DNA from: the human T2T-CHM13v2.0 reference genome, Homo sapiens
NCBI RefSeq assembly: GCF_009914755.1
Contig: NC_060926.1
Reading direction: 5' to 3' (one strand)
DNA: 64,000 nt
Shown: positions 63,715 through 64,000 of the stretch, piece by piece
How the letters are laid out: the number at the start of each line of letters is the position of its first letter
Numbering within the stretch: the first letter of the stretch is position 1
Notes under the pieces: generated by a model
What the model was told of the DNA's origin: nothing
The model's input: the letters and a program-made list of their open reading frames with translations, nothing else
The model's database searches: none
Position numbers and translations under genes: made by a program

Positions 63715-64000
63715 GAGTCCTGTTCTCTTGTTAAAAGTGTTCATCTCATCCTATTTTGGAGAGATTTATGACATCTCATAAATTATAATAATAATCATAA
63801 TTATTATAAATACTCCGAACTTATATAGGGCCTTTTATTCGAGAATGTCCTGGCATTTTGCAAACATTAACCAATCTGTTTCTTGCCATACCTCAGAAGG
63901 CAGATCCTAGTTGTAGTTTAACTTTGACACATTGAGGTCCAACACTTGTCTTTATTCACATCATTTTCTGGGAATGTGGGTTAGGTAAGAAAACAAGGAA

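Overview
This is primate, almost certainly human, repeat-rich genomic DNA. It holds the two tandem goose-type lysozyme-like genes on the minus strand: LYG2 (coding 16883->5246, 5 coding exons, 212 aa) and LYG1 (coding 58280->47013, 5 coding exons, 194 aa). I assembled both reading frames by hand from GT-AG boundaries. The two genes share intron phases 1,1,0,1 and first/last coding exon lengths of 43/119 nt. Between them lies a near-complete but defective HERV-K(HML-3)/HERVK9 provirus with MER9 LTRs (33300-41192, minus), whose gag is interrupted by a truncated L1. The rest is Alu, L1, L2, MIR, MaLR/ERV LTRs and DNA transposons. I found no convincing new multi-gene biological system. The best leads are: LYG1 as a Glu->Lys pseudo-enzyme with extra cysteines; a TATA plus micro-exon-1 architecture shared by both paralogs; a triplicated M-box/E-box array upstream of LYG2; the co-oriented provirus with asymmetric poly(A) signals; a 56-bp non-repeat segment copied 5.5 kb away; two templated-insertion scars; and Alus placed at splice-relevant positions. 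Repeat subfamily names come from my recall of consensus sequences, not from a database search.
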